Shown here piece after piece: positions 16,203-24,701 of a stretch of 34,082 nt of DNA. The stretch spans positions 1 to 34,082 of the forward strand of contig JAIPKF010000001.1 in the NCBI GenBank assembly GCA_021733705.1. Reading direction: 5' to 3'. A model generated the notes under the pieces. That model saw only the letters and a list, made by a program, of their open reading frames with translations, was not told where the DNA came from and searched no databases. How positions within the stretch are numbered: position 1 is the first letter of the stretch; each line of letters opens with the position of its first letter. The translations under genes and the position numbers were made by a program. Source of the stretch: Chthoniobacterales bacterium (lineage in GTDB: Bacteria; Verrucomicrobiota; Verrucomicrobiia; Chthoniobacterales; UBA6821).

Positions 16203-16760
16203 ATGGCACTTGCAAACGACCTCCGTAAAGGAATGGCAATAAAATACAATAGTAATGCTGCTATTGTTCTTGAAGTAACCCACCGCACTCCTGGGAATCT
16301 TCGAGCATTTGTACAATGTATCATTCGTTACATTGGCACTGGTAAATCAGCTGACATCCGCTTTTCTTCGACCGAAAAAGTTGAATTAGTCGATGTCTCT
16401 CGTACTACTTTAGAATTTAGCTATCAAGATCAAGAAGGTTTTCACTTCATGGATCCAGTCACCTTTGAGACGATCACACTTCAAAAAGATTTTATTGGGG
16501 ATGCCAAAGATTATCTCACTGAGGGGATGAATGCTGAAATTCTCTATGTCGAGGGGCGTGCAGTTTCTGTTGAGCTTCCCCCAAGTGCTAACCTTAAAGT
16601 CGTAGAATCTCCTGAGGGCTTACGAGGTGATTCCTCTGGTAATGTGATGAAGCCTGCGACATTAGAAACTGGAAAAGCGATTAATGTTCCTCTCTTCATT
16701 AAAGAAGGGGAAATAATCAAAGTGGATACGCGCACTGGTGAGTATATGGGGAGAGCGTAG
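16203..16760 (+). CDS. efp: Elongation factor P family protein (termini resemble the EfpL/YeiP subgroup)
   Basis: It aligns end to end with EF-P (..KPATLETGKAINVPLFIKEGEIIKVDTRTGEYMGRA). The N-terminus MALANDLRKGMAIKYN and the C-terminus YMGRA resemble E. coli YeiP. The loop reads TPGNLRAF instead of KPGKGQAF. Confidence 0.8.
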   Translation: MALANDLRKGMAIKYNSNAAIVLEVTHRTPGNLRAFVQCIIRYIGTGKSADIRFSSTEKVELVDVSRTTLEFSYQDQEGFHFMDPVTFETITLQKDFIGDAKDYLTEGMNAEILYVEGRAVSVELPPSANLKVVESPEGLRGDSSGNVMKPATLETGKAINVPLFIKEGEIIKVDTRTGEYMGRA

Positions 16761-16802
16761 GAATGGCGCCTGCAGCTCATTCCTGTAATGAGTAATCGGT
16801 GT

Positions 16803-16867
16803 AAAAATGCTCACCTGCCTTGCTCCATCGGCCTCTTCGTTACGATTAGTATGAAATATTTGGGCTA
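16803..16867 (+). repeat. Family A right-arm remnant (degenerate, internally deleted)
   Basis: AAAATGCTCACCTGCCTTGCTCCATCGGCCTCTTCGTTACGATTAGTATGAAATATTTGGGC-TA aligns with the right ~85 bp of the copy at 2443-2625. Confidence 0.65.
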
Positions 16868-16903
16868 GCACTCATTACCTGTTATTCTTTACTTCTCTCC
16901 AAC

Positions 16904-17653
16904 ATGGTTCCAAAAACATGGGTTAAGTTTATAGTTGCTCTCTTTCTTGTTCCTTTTGTCTGGGTGCTGACAAAAACATTTTTGGAGACGTTAGGTTTTT
17001 CTTTGCATCATGGATTACTTGATACGCAAGGGTGTCTCTTTTTTTTAGCAGGTATTGTTTTATGGGGATTGGCATTTTGGCTCTTGCCACGTGCATGGCT
17101 TCTTTGGCCCTATGTTTATGGACATGAGTGTACTCATGCTATTTGGGTAAAACTATTTGGGGGGACGGTGCAGGAAAAATTTTATGTTAGCACCCAGGGG
17201 GGGCATATCATGGCTGATCGAGTCAATACCTGGATTGCTTTAGCCCCCTATTTTTTTCCTGTTTATAGTTTGCTTGTTATTTCTATTTACGGAGTAGCAA
17301 CACTTTTTATGGAGATGACTCCTTTTCAATGGGTGATGTTCTTGTTGCTCGGCTTCACATGGGCTTTTCACCTGACTTTTACCTGTCTTTTTCTCTTCCA
17401 AGGGCAACCGGATGTCCATTATGGGGGCACTTTTTTTTCCATAATCATCATTTACGGAATCAATCTCTTTCTGGTGACACTTTTTCTTCTCATCACGGCC
17501 CCTTATGTGAGCACAACAGCATTTTTGGAGCAGTTTTTAAGCAACCTTGGAGAATTCATAGAACAGATCCAGTGGATCTTAGAAAAGCTTTTTTTAGCAA
17601 TTGTGTGGCTCGTTCGAGAAGCTCATCAATTTCTGGCTCCATTTCTCAAATAA
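16904..17653 (+). CDS. Integral membrane protein with an HExxH motif (putative zincin-like peptidase, DUF3267-like)
   Basis: It has 6-7 predicted TM segments, and YGHECTHAIW supplies an HExxH motif. The family assignment is from memory of the motif context only. Confidence 0.4.
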   Translation: MVPKTWVKFIVALFLVPFVWVLTKTFLETLGFSLHHGLLDTQGCLFFLAGIVLWGLAFWLLPRAWLLWPYVYGHECTHAIWVKLFGGTVQEKFYVSTQGGHIMADRVNTWIALAPYFFPVYSLLVISIYGVATLFMEMTPFQWVMFLLLGFTWAFHLTFTCLFLFQGQPDVHYGGTFFSIIIIYGINLFLVTLFLLITAPYVSTTAFLEQFLSNLGEFIEQIQWILEKLFLAIVWLVREAHQFLAPFLK

Positions 17654-17661
17654 AAGGAGAC

Positions 17662-17735
17662 TGGAGCGGGTAGAGGGAATCGAACCCTCCTGGCCAGCTT
17701 GGAAGGCTGGAACATTACCACTATGCTATACCCGC
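17662..17735 (-). tRNA. tRNA-Gly (anticodon UCC), CCA encoded
   Basis: The reverse complement is GCGGGTATAGCATAGTGGTAATGTTCCAGCCTTCCAAGCTGGCCAGGAGGGTTCGATTCCCTCTACCCGCTCCA. It folds by hand into a cloverleaf with a 7-bp acceptor stem, a 4-bp D stem, a 5-bp anticodon stem with loop CTTCCAA, and a 5-bp T stem with loop TTCGATT. Confidence 0.95.
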
Positions 17736-17819
17736 GTAAAAAAGAGCCTCTATCCTTAACAGAGAGATCGATACAAGTAAAGAGCCAACTCGTTGGAAAA
17801 CGAATCATGAAATAGTCGT

Positions 17820-19049
17820 CTATCCGCGATAACAGCGGTGAACACGGTTGCTAATACCTGTAAAAAGTTGCCAGCTAATAGTATTGGCTTTGGCAGCAAG
17901 TTCAGTGGCTCTGATTTCATGTTTTCCTTGTTTGCCAATGAGTACCGCTTCATCACCAACCTTCACGTTGGTAATGGAAGTGACATCGACAACAATCTGA
18001 TCCATGGTCACACGTCCCAATACAGGAGCTCGTTTCCCTTTGATGAGTACGAAAGCCCCGTTTCCTGAAACCTGCCGCGGATATCCATCACCATAGCCAA
18101 GAGGTAAAATAGCTACTCTAATATCACGGGGAGCACAATAGGTTCTCCCATAGCTTACCGTACTCCCCTTGGGGAGCTTGTGAACAAGACAAATAGTGGC
18201 TTTCCAGGTCATTGCAGGACGTAATAATTTTTGTAAATGAGGCATAGGAGAAATGCCGTAAAGCAGGAGTCCAAGACGAACTGTCTCGTGAGCTTCTTGT
18301 GGAAAACGTAATAGACCTGCTGAATTAAGAAAATGGATTTCAGCATGAGGAGCTAATACCAGTAAAGGAGTCACTGTTTTTCTAAACAATCGGATCTGCT
18401 GGCGTGTATAATGAGGGTCAGTATCAGCAGATGGAAGGTGTGTTGAGATGCTTTGAATGGTGAGGGAAAGTCTACAAATTTTTTTTAATGTTTTTTCGGC
18501 AGTCTCATAAAATGCTCCAAGACGTCCCATCCCAGTATTAATTTTAAAATGAATCAAGGCACCCGCTGGCGCGACCTTTGCAAAACGACGTGCCTCTTCG
18601 TAGGAAGAAATCGTTGGAATAAAACCATGCTCGGCAATCGCAGGATATTCTGAAGGTAATGCGGCGCTCAGCAACATGATTGGATGAGTGCGATCGATTG
18701 CTTCGATTATTAATGCCTCTTCGAGAGAGGCGACTGCAAAATAATTTACTTCCTTGCCAATAGCAGTGGCGACTTCTTGTATTCCATGACCATAGGCGTC
18801 AGCTTTAACTACTGCGATAATGGTTGCATTGGGAGCTTGCTTCTTAACAACTCGAAGATTATGAAGAAAGGCCGTACGATCGATTTCAACCCAGGTGCGA
18901 TAAACCTGTTTTGAAAGAGCAAGAGGCGATTTTTTGTTGAGAGGAACTCCTTTGTGCATTTGAAAATATAATAATTTTAATGGTTCTATCAGAACGTAGC
19001 AAACAGAAGGAGTGAATCGAGAGAGATTTTGTCTCTGGTTTTCAAGCAT
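17820..19049 (-). CDS. alr: Alanine racemase
   Basis: The PLP-lysine motif AVVKADAYGHG is present, along with a C-terminal beta-domain (YGDGYPR, VSMDQ-like VTMDQIVVDV). An alternative ATG at 18959 (MHKGVPL...) would remove a non-conserved 30-aa leader. Confidence 0.85.
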   Translation of the reverse strand: MLENQRQNLSRFTPSVCYVLIEPLKLLYFQMHKGVPLNKKSPLALSKQVYRTWVEIDRTAFLHNLRVVKKQAPNATIIAVVKADAYGHGIQEVATAIGKEVNYFAVASLEEALIIEAIDRTHPIMLLSAALPSEYPAIAEHGFIPTISSYEEARRFAKVAPAGALIHFKINTGMGRLGAFYETAEKTLKKICRLSLTIQSISTHLPSADTDPHYTRQQIRLFRKTVTPLLVLAPHAEIHFLNSAGLLRFPQEAHETVRLGLLLYGISPMPHLQKLLRPAMTWKATICLVHKLPKGSTVSYGRTYCAPRDIRVAILPLGYGDGYPRQVSGNGAFVLIKGKRAPVLGRVTMDQIVVDVTSITNVKVGDEAVLIGKQGKHEIRATELAAKANTISWQLFTGISNRVHRCYRG

Positions 19050-19092
19050 ATTCCCTTCTTGGCAAGGAGCGATAAAGTGATATTGTCAGAAA

Positions 19093-19464
19093 ATGCCTAC
19101 TCCAACAAAAACAAAAAAAGCGATCACAAAAAAAGTTACTACTAAGAAAACTGCTGTTAAGAGCATCAAAAAAACAGTTCCAAAAACGAAGGATGCCAAG
19201 AGCAGTTTAAAGAAAAAAGTGATCAACAAAAAAATCGGTGTTTCTCCAGCTCAAGATAAACTGGCCAAAGAGGCCTTAAAGCTTGTGGATAAAGCTGCAT
19301 CGTTGTTGCGCAAGGGAATTAAAACTGGTTCCAAAGCCACACATGAAGCTCGTGCTGCCTTACACCAAGAGGCACATACACTCCTTGGCAAAGCCTCTTC
19401 CAATCTCGATCATGCTTTAAAATCCGGGGCCTCTTTATTGCGTAGTGCTATCAATAAAATTTAG
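19093..19464 (+). CDS. Lys-rich basic protein (histone H1-like N-terminal tail plus helical C-terminal half)
   Basis: The first 50 aa contain 18 Lys (PTKTKKAITKKVTTKKTAVKSIKKTVPKTK...). The C-terminal ~70 aa is Ala/Leu/Lys-rich and looks helical. Confidence 0.55.
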   Translation: MPTPTKTKKAITKKVTTKKTAVKSIKKTVPKTKDAKSSLKKKVINKKIGVSPAQDKLAKEALKLVDKAASLLRKGIKTGSKATHEARAALHQEAHTLLGKASSNLDHALKSGASLLRSAINKI

Positions 19465-19515
19465 TTGATGTCACTCTATTCCCCCAAATGAGCTCAAGAA
19501 GAGAGCTCCTGTATT

Positions 19516-20463
19516 ATGAAAACGCTTGTTACTGGAGGCGCTGGCTTTATTGGATCGCATGTTGTTCGGGCACTGCTTCATGAAGGACATGAGGTTACGG
19601 TTCTTGATGACTTCAACGATTTTTATGATCCTGCGATCAAACAGAGCAATCTTGCTGATATAAAGACTCATGCGGCTATCATTAAGGGAGATTTACGTGA
19701 TGAAGGAATCGTCCAAGGAATTTTTGCCAAGGTTCGTCCAGAAGTTACTTTTCATCTTGCTGCACGGGCAGGCGTAAGGCCCTCGATTCTTCACCCAAAA
19801 TTATATCTTGAGACAAATGTGAATGGTACATTTCATGTGCTCGAGGCAGCTCGTCTCTGCGGATGTGAGCGTATGATTTTTGCTTCAAGTTCTTCTGTCT
19901 ATGGTCTTGCTACAACGATCCCTTTTCACGAGGAATTGGCACTTCCACAAACACTGAGTCCTTATGCTGCAACCAAGCTAGCGGGAGAGCAGCTTTGTGG
20001 TAATTTTTCTTATCTCTATGGCATGAAAATAGTCGCTCTCCGCTTTTTCACTGTTTATGGGCCAGGGCAGCGACCCGATTTAGCAATTCATGCTTTTACT
20101 GATGCTATCGCACATGGTCGTCCTATTAAAAAATTTGGGGATGGTTCCACCCGTCGTGACTATACCTACATCGACGATATCGTCCAAGGAGTGCTGGGAG
20201 CAATGCGTTATGACAAAAAAAGTTTTGATATATTTAATTTAGGAGGACATAAAACCACATCCCTTTCAGAGCTCATAGTATTAATTGAAAAGGCCGTTGG
20301 CTGCAGAGCCATTATTGAAGAGCATCCCGAGCAAAAAGGGGATATGCCATTAACCTATGCTGAGATTAGCAAAGCCCAACAATTTTTAGGATATAATCCT
20401 CAAACATCTATTGAGATTGGGATTCCAAAATTTGTCGAGTGGTATCAACAGAACACGCATTAA
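19516..20463 (+). CDS. NAD-dependent nucleotide-sugar epimerase (UDP-glucuronate 4-epimerase-like SDR)
   Basis: It has the Rossmann motif TGGAGFIGSH, the catalytic YAATK, and RFFTVYGPGQRPDLA...RDYTYIDDIV. Confidence 0.8.
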   Translation: MKTLVTGGAGFIGSHVVRALLHEGHEVTVLDDFNDFYDPAIKQSNLADIKTHAAIIKGDLRDEGIVQGIFAKVRPEVTFHLAARAGVRPSILHPKLYLETNVNGTFHVLEAARLCGCERMIFASSSSVYGLATTIPFHEELALPQTLSPYAATKLAGEQLCGNFSYLYGMKIVALRFFTVYGPGQRPDLAIHAFTDAIAHGRPIKKFGDGSTRRDYTYIDDIVQGVLGAMRYDKKSFDIFNLGGHKTTSLSELIVLIEKAVGCRAIIEEHPEQKGDMPLTYAEISKAQQFLGYNPQTSIEIGIPKFVEWYQQNTH

Positions 20464-20610
20464 TGAATTGGGAGAGCCCCCTTTTTTAGTTTACTCGATG
20501 CTAAAAAATCTCAATCTTCCTTCCTGCCGTTTCGTTTCAAAGTTATTTGACTATAATGATTGACGGCGCAGCTATTCTATGGCACTCTCCCACACCAACT
20601 TTTTTTTACG

Positions 20611-20784
20611 ATGAAGCGCACCTACCAACCATCTAAGCGAACCAGAAAACAGCAATTTGGCTTTCGTGCTCGCATGGCCACTAAGAATGGTCGCGCTATT
20701 TTAAGTCGACGTCGTCGACATGGACGTGCACGGCTTTTACCAAAAGGCGTTGAGATCCATTTCAAACGTCATACGGAAGCTTAG
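20611..20784 (+). CDS. rpmH: Ribosomal protein L34 (with an ~11-aa C-terminal extension)
   Basis: [44 protein letters not shown] is canonical L34. The ORF continues with [14 protein letters not shown] perfect TATAAT hexamer lies at 20552-20557. Confidence 0.9.
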   Translation: MKRTYQPSKRTRKQQFGFRARMATKNGRAILSRRRRHGRARLLPKGVEIHFKRHTEA

Positions 20785-20810
20785 TCAGTCTTTATACTCT
20801 CCTCATTTTG

Positions 20811-20917
20811 ACTTGGGGAAGGCTGTACACATACAGTCCAGTATTAAAATGGTCTTATGTCTTACCCCAGCAGCTTTCGCGACTTCCTTGTTACGATTAG
20901 TATGAAAAATTTGAGCT
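20811..20917 (+). repeat. Family A right-half remnant (degenerate)
   Basis: CTTGGGGAAGGCTGTACACATACAG...GTCTTACCCCAGCAGCTTTCGCGACTTCCTTGTTACGATTAGTATGAAAAATTTGAGCT aligns with the central palindrome and right arm of family A. Confidence 0.6.
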
Positions 20918-20936
20918 TGGGTTCTCTTTTCCATTC

Positions 20937-21398
20937 ATGTTTAAGATTGAAAAATCAACATTTGAAAAACAGGTGCCTGGTGATGTGATCTTTCCACGAA
21001 ACGCTTCTCTTAGCTCAAGTCTCCAATATCAGGCTGTTCGTGATTATGGGATTTCTACATGGGGTCCTCTTTTTCGTCTCTCGTGTTTAAAAAAAGAGTC
21101 GGTGGCCTTATCACTTCCCAAACTATTGGAGAAGCAAGATACAATAGCTTCAAAATATCCCAATAACGGAACTGACCCCTTCTCAAAAGGAGGATTTATT
21201 GTTTCCCGTCGTGTTGGAAATGCTGTGGTACGTAATCGTGTGAAGCGTCGTTTACGTGAGCTTTATCGATTAGAACGCTTCCATGTTCTTCCAGATCTAT
21301 GGCTCGTCTTCATTGCAACTCCTCAAGCAGCGTCAGCCAGCTTTGCTCAACTGCGTGAGGAATGGTATCGCCTTGCAACAAAACTTTCTCTTTTTTAA
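20937..21398 (+). CDS. rnpA: RNase P protein component
   Basis: It has the RNR motif region VSRRVGNAVVRNRVKRRLRELYR and occupies the conserved position between rpmH and yidD. Confidence 0.85.
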   Translation: MFKIEKSTFEKQVPGDVIFPRNASLSSSLQYQAVRDYGISTWGPLFRLSCLKKESVALSLPKLLEKQDTIASKYPNNGTDPFSKGGFIVSRRVGNAVVRNRVKRRLRELYRLERFHVLPDLWLVFIATPQAASASFAQLREEWYRLATKLSLF

Positions 21399-21418
21399 AC
21401 AATCACGATGTGATTCCT

Positions 21419-21658
21419 ATGGTTTTTCTTCTTCAGCTCCCTGCCCTCATCTACCGATGGATTTTCTCACCCATCCTTCATAGCCTGTGCGGTCCAGGTT
21501 GTGGCTGTCGTCACGCACCTAGTTGTTCTTGCTATTGGATTGAAGCCTTGAAACAACATGGACCTAGGCGTGGTTTGATTTTAGGACTCCAGCGTATTCT
21601 GAGCTGCCATCCATGGGGTAGCGGTGGTTATGATCCAGTGCCGAAAAAAGATTCTTAA
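21419..21658 (+). CDS. yidD: Membrane protein insertion efficiency factor YidD
   Basis: IYRWIFSPIL...CRHAPSCSCYWIEALKQHGPRRGLILGLQRILSCHPWGSGGYDPVP is the YidD signature. The ORF track starts at 21362 and overlaps rnpA, so ATG 21419 or GTG 21410 is preferred. Confidence 0.85.
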   Translation: MVFLLQLPALIYRWIFSPILHSLCGPGCGCRHAPSCSCYWIEALKQHGPRRGLILGLQRILSCHPWGSGGYDPVPKKDS

Positions 21659-21688
21659 ACTCGCATATTTCATAAATCCGATTTTCTG
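21656..21688 (+). repeat. Solo left terminal repeat (A-type, degenerate)
   Basis: TAAACTCGCATATTTCATAAATCCGATTTTCTG matches TAGCCCGCATATTTCATACCGATTTTGCTG at 4891. Its TAA is the yidD stop codon. Confidence 0.5.
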
Positions 21689-21771
21689 TTTTCATGCACG
21701 TTTTAGGATAATTTTCTTCGTGATTGCAACCTTATCGGATAGACTCAACGGCTCTCTTTATTTTTTAATTT

Positions 21772-23532
21772 ATGTTTGACCGTACTACTTGGATCGCTAT
21801 TGCTCTCTCCATTGCAGGCCTGATTGGCTGGCAGTGGTATTACACCAACAATTTTCTACCTGCAAAGGAGGCAGAAAAAAAAGATTTGGTTTCTCAAGCT
21901 CCATCTTCTAATAAAATTCCACAAGAGGAACACTCCGTTGCTTCTACTCCAGTATCAGAGAGCATTCCAGAGTTCAAGGCACGTCAAGAAACCTTTGATA
22001 CTTCAAAAGCGGAATATCTCTTCTCTGATAATAGTGGAGGTATTCAAACCATCACTCTCTTCCTTCATTTAGGGGAAAAAGCTCATAGTCTTCAACTCAA
22101 TAACCTCTCCCCAATGCCCATAGGAGCACTGGGAGAAAAATCAGGGGATCTTGTGAAAACACTCAATGGCTTTGTAATGAATGCTGATAAAGCTGCGGGA
22201 AAGGTCTCTTTTCAACGAAATGAGTCCAATGGTCTCATTATAAAAAAGAACTTCGTACTCCCACAAACCTCAGGTTCCCCAGCAGAATACACCGTTGGAT
22301 TTGATCTGACCTTTGAGAATAGTGGTACAACCGATCTTGAAGTTCCCTCCTATTTTTTATCCTGCGGAGGTGCCTCTCCTGTTCATGCTACTGATGCTTC
22401 TACCTACACGCGTTTTGACTGGTTTAGTAAAGGAAAGATGACAACCATCGATGTCAATTGGTTTTCATCAGGGATGATTCCCATAGTAGGTATTGAAACA
22501 CATCCGGCTCGACCCCTCTACCAAATGAAAAACCCTGATATCACCTGGACGGCCGTTACTAGCCAATATTTTTGTACCATTTTAACAGCAGAACAAAAAG
22601 AGCAACACTCCTCTGTCTGGTCTTCACGTTTTGAGGATCCTCTTATTCCAAAAACAGCAAACAGTAAAACAATTTATGGAATTGAGGGTGGTTTTATTCT
22701 CGAACCGCTTCATCTTGCTCCGGGAGCCTCAATAACAGAGCATTACACCATTTTTGCAGGGCCTAAAGATTTTGGGGCTTTAGAAAAATTAGGAGATCAA
22801 CAGCAAAGTGTTATGAACTTTGGAACATTTCACCTTGTCTCCGAATTTTTACTTTGGGCTATGAATCATTTGAAACAAATCCTCGGTAACTATGCTGCTG
22901 CAATTATTGTCTTAACGCTGCTCATTAAACTTATTCTTTGGCCGATTCAAAATAAGGCCACCAGTTCTATGAAGCAGATGCAGCTTCTTTCTCCGCGGAT
23001 GACGGAACTTCGTTCCAAGTACAAGGATAATCCCACCAAGATGAACGAAGAACTGATGAAGCTCTACAAACAGTATGGAGTAAATCCCTTTGGAGGGTGT
23101 TTACCGATGCTTGTTCAAATTCCTATTTTCTTTGGTTTTTATTCAATGCTTGGAACTGCTATTGAGCTCCGCAATAGCCATTTTCTTTGGATTCACGATC
23201 TTTCACAACCCGATACGATTGCCCACTTTCTCAATTATCCTATTAATCTTTTACCGATTATTATGGCTGGAACCATGCTCTGGCAAATGTCTCTTTCACC
23301 CAAAGGGGGGGATCCAGCTCAACAGCGAGTCATGTATTTTATGCCATTGATTTTCTTGTTTTTCTGTTACAATTTTGCTTCGGCACTAGCACTCTATTGG
23401 ACAACACAAAACCTTTTTTCAATCGGACAACTCTACCTCACACGCAATGCTCCCTTGCCTCAACTTATAGAGCCAGCACCCAAGCGAAAAAGAGGATTCC
23501 CCAAGGGAAAATCTAAAAAAACAAAGAGTTAA
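21772..23532 (+). CDS. yidC: Membrane protein insertase YidC (long form with periplasmic domain)
   Basis: It has an N-terminal TM helix, a large periplasmic domain and a conserved C-terminal core (ILTLLIKLILWPI...KYGVNPFGGCLPMLVQIPIFFGFY...ALALYWTTQNLFSIGQ). Confidence 0.9.
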   Translation: MFDRTTWIAIALSIAGLIGWQWYYTNNFLPAKEAEKKDLVSQAPSSNKIPQEEHSVASTPVSESIPEFKARQETFDTSKAEYLFSDNSGGIQTITLFLHLGEKAHSLQLNNLSPMPIGALGEKSGDLVKTLNGFVMNADKAAGKVSFQRNESNGLIIKKNFVLPQTSGSPAEYTVGFDLTFENSGTTDLEVPSYFLSCGGASPVHATDASTYTRFDWFSKGKMTTIDVNWFSSGMIPIVGIETHPARPLYQMKNPDITWTAVTSQYFCTILTAEQKEQHSSVWSSRFEDPLIPKTANSKTIYGIEGGFILEPLHLAPGASITEHYTIFAGPKDFGALEKLGDQQQSVMNFGTFHLVSEFLLWAMNHLKQILGNYAAAIIVLTLLIKLILWPIQNKATSSMKQMQLLSPRMTELRSKYKDNPTKMNEELMKLYKQYGVNPFGGCLPMLVQIPIFFGFYSMLGTAIELRNSHFLWIHDLSQPDTIAHFLNYPINLLPIIMAGTMLWQMSLSPKGGDPAQQRVMYFMPLIFLFFCYNFASALALYWTTQNLFSIGQLYLTRNAPLPQLIEPAPKRKRGFPKGKSKKTKS

Positions 23533-23713
23533 CCCGGATATTTCATACTCAATCTATTACGGCCTGTGGAAAGCTCATCATTACTGCGTTGGTCTCGAAT
23601 TGTGATTTGGGCGGTATGTACTCATACAGCCCGGCATCACAATCCTTCGCCCGCCTTGTACTCATAAGCTTTGCACAGCGCCTCATGACGATTCAGCATG
23701 AAATATCCGGGTT
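23530..23713 (+). mobile_element. MITE-like element, family B, intact
   Basis: It runs TA-ACCCGGATATTTCATACTCAATCTATTACGGCCTGTGGAAAGCTCATCATTACTGCGTTGGTCTCGAATTGTGATTTGGGCGGTATGTACTCATACAGCCCGGCATCACAATCC...GATTCAGCATGAAATATCCGGGTT. Its TAA (23530-23532) is the yidC stop codon. Confidence 0.85.
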
Positions 23714-23759
23714 CCGCATATTTCATACTGTTCGTGACGAGGAGGCAGGGAAGCCTGAT
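23714..23759 (-). repeat. Family A right-arm fragment in inverted orientation
   Basis: The reverse complement ATCAGGCTTCCCTGCCTCCTCGTCACGAACAGTATGAAATATGCGG matches ATCAGCCTTCGCGGCCTCCTCGTCACGATCAGTATGAAATATCCGG. It abuts the stop codon of the J-protein gene at 23760-23762. Confidence 0.7.
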
Positions 23760-24701
23760 TCACTCACGAGCAGAATCACGCAATTTTTCCCACAAGGCTT
23801 TCTCTTCAGGAGAAAGCTCAGTTGGAATGATGATATTAACCACAGCAAAAAAATCACCACGTCCTCCTGATTTTTCAGGGAGACCTCTTTTAGGGATACG
23901 AAATTTTTTTCCATTTTCTGTACCAGCAGGAATTTTTAATTTTGCACGTCCATCAGGAGTAGGAATCATGAGCTCTCCACCAAGGACGGCTTGCCAGGCA
24001 GGAATTTCCAAATCGTGGTAAATACTACTTCCCTCAAAAGAAAAATCAGGATGCTGCTGTAACTTGACTCTAAGATAAAGATCTCCAGCAGGGCCTCGAG
24101 CACCCCCAGATCCACCTTGGCCAGCAAGGCGAATGCGTTGGCCCTCATGAACACCTTGAGGAATTTTAATGGTGTAGGTTTGTATTTTTTGTGAGGGCCC
24201 TTTTTTAAAAGAAATCTGGCGTGTTGCCCCGTGGAGTACTTCCTCTAGTGGAACTAAAATATCAGCTTCGACATCATTTCCACGTTGGGGAGTTTCTTCA
24301 AATCCACCATAATTCATCCCACCACGACGGGTGCCGAAAAATTGCTCAAAAAAGTCGCTGTATCCTGTTCCTCCAAAATGAAACTCCTCTCCTGTTCCAT
24401 CAAAACCACCCATCCCATGAAAATCACCTGGTCTACTTCCTGCACCTCCAGAGGGCCTTCTAGAGGCCGCTTGAGACCAATTAGCTCCATAGGAGTCATA
24501 TTTCTTTCTATTTTCAGAATTACTTAGGACTTCGTAGGCTTCATTGATCTCCTTAAATTTTTCTTCAGCCGCTTTTTTATCTTTAGCTAAATCAGGATGA
24601 TGCTTTCGTGCAAGCTTGCGGAAGGCACTTTTAATTTCATCGGCGGTTGCCGATTTAGAAACACCTAAAATTTCATAGTAATCGCGGAAAGAAGCAGGCA
24701 T
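23760..24701 (-). CDS. cbpA: DnaJ-class co-chaperone without zinc finger (CbpA-like)
   Basis: It has a J-domain (DYYEILGVSKSATADEIKSAFRKLARKHHPD), a G/F-rich linker and two C-terminal beta-domains. No CxxCxGxG repeats are present. Confidence 0.8.
   Translation of the reverse strand: MPASFRDYYEILGVSKSATADEIKSAFRKLARKHHPDLAKDKKAAEEKFKEINEAYEVLSNSENRKKYDSYGANWSQAASRRPSGGAGSRPGDFHGMGGFDGTGEEFHFGGTGYSDFFEQFFGTRRGGMNYGGFEETPQRGNDVEADILVPLEEVLHGATRQISFKKGPSQKIQTYTIKIPQGVHEGQRIRLAGQGGSGGARGPAGDLYLRVKLQQHPDFSFEGSSIYHDLEIPAWQAVLGGELMIPTPDGRAKLKIPAGTENGKKFRIPKRGLPEKSGGRGDFFAVVNIIIPTELSPEEKALWEKLRDSARE

Noticed and set aside
19284-19292. A perfect DnaA-box-like 9-mer (TGTGGATAA) lies near the rpmH-rnpA-yidC cluster and might indicate oriC.
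   Set aside because: It is a single occurrence inside a coding region. No cluster of boxes, AT-rich unwinding element or dnaA gene is in the window.
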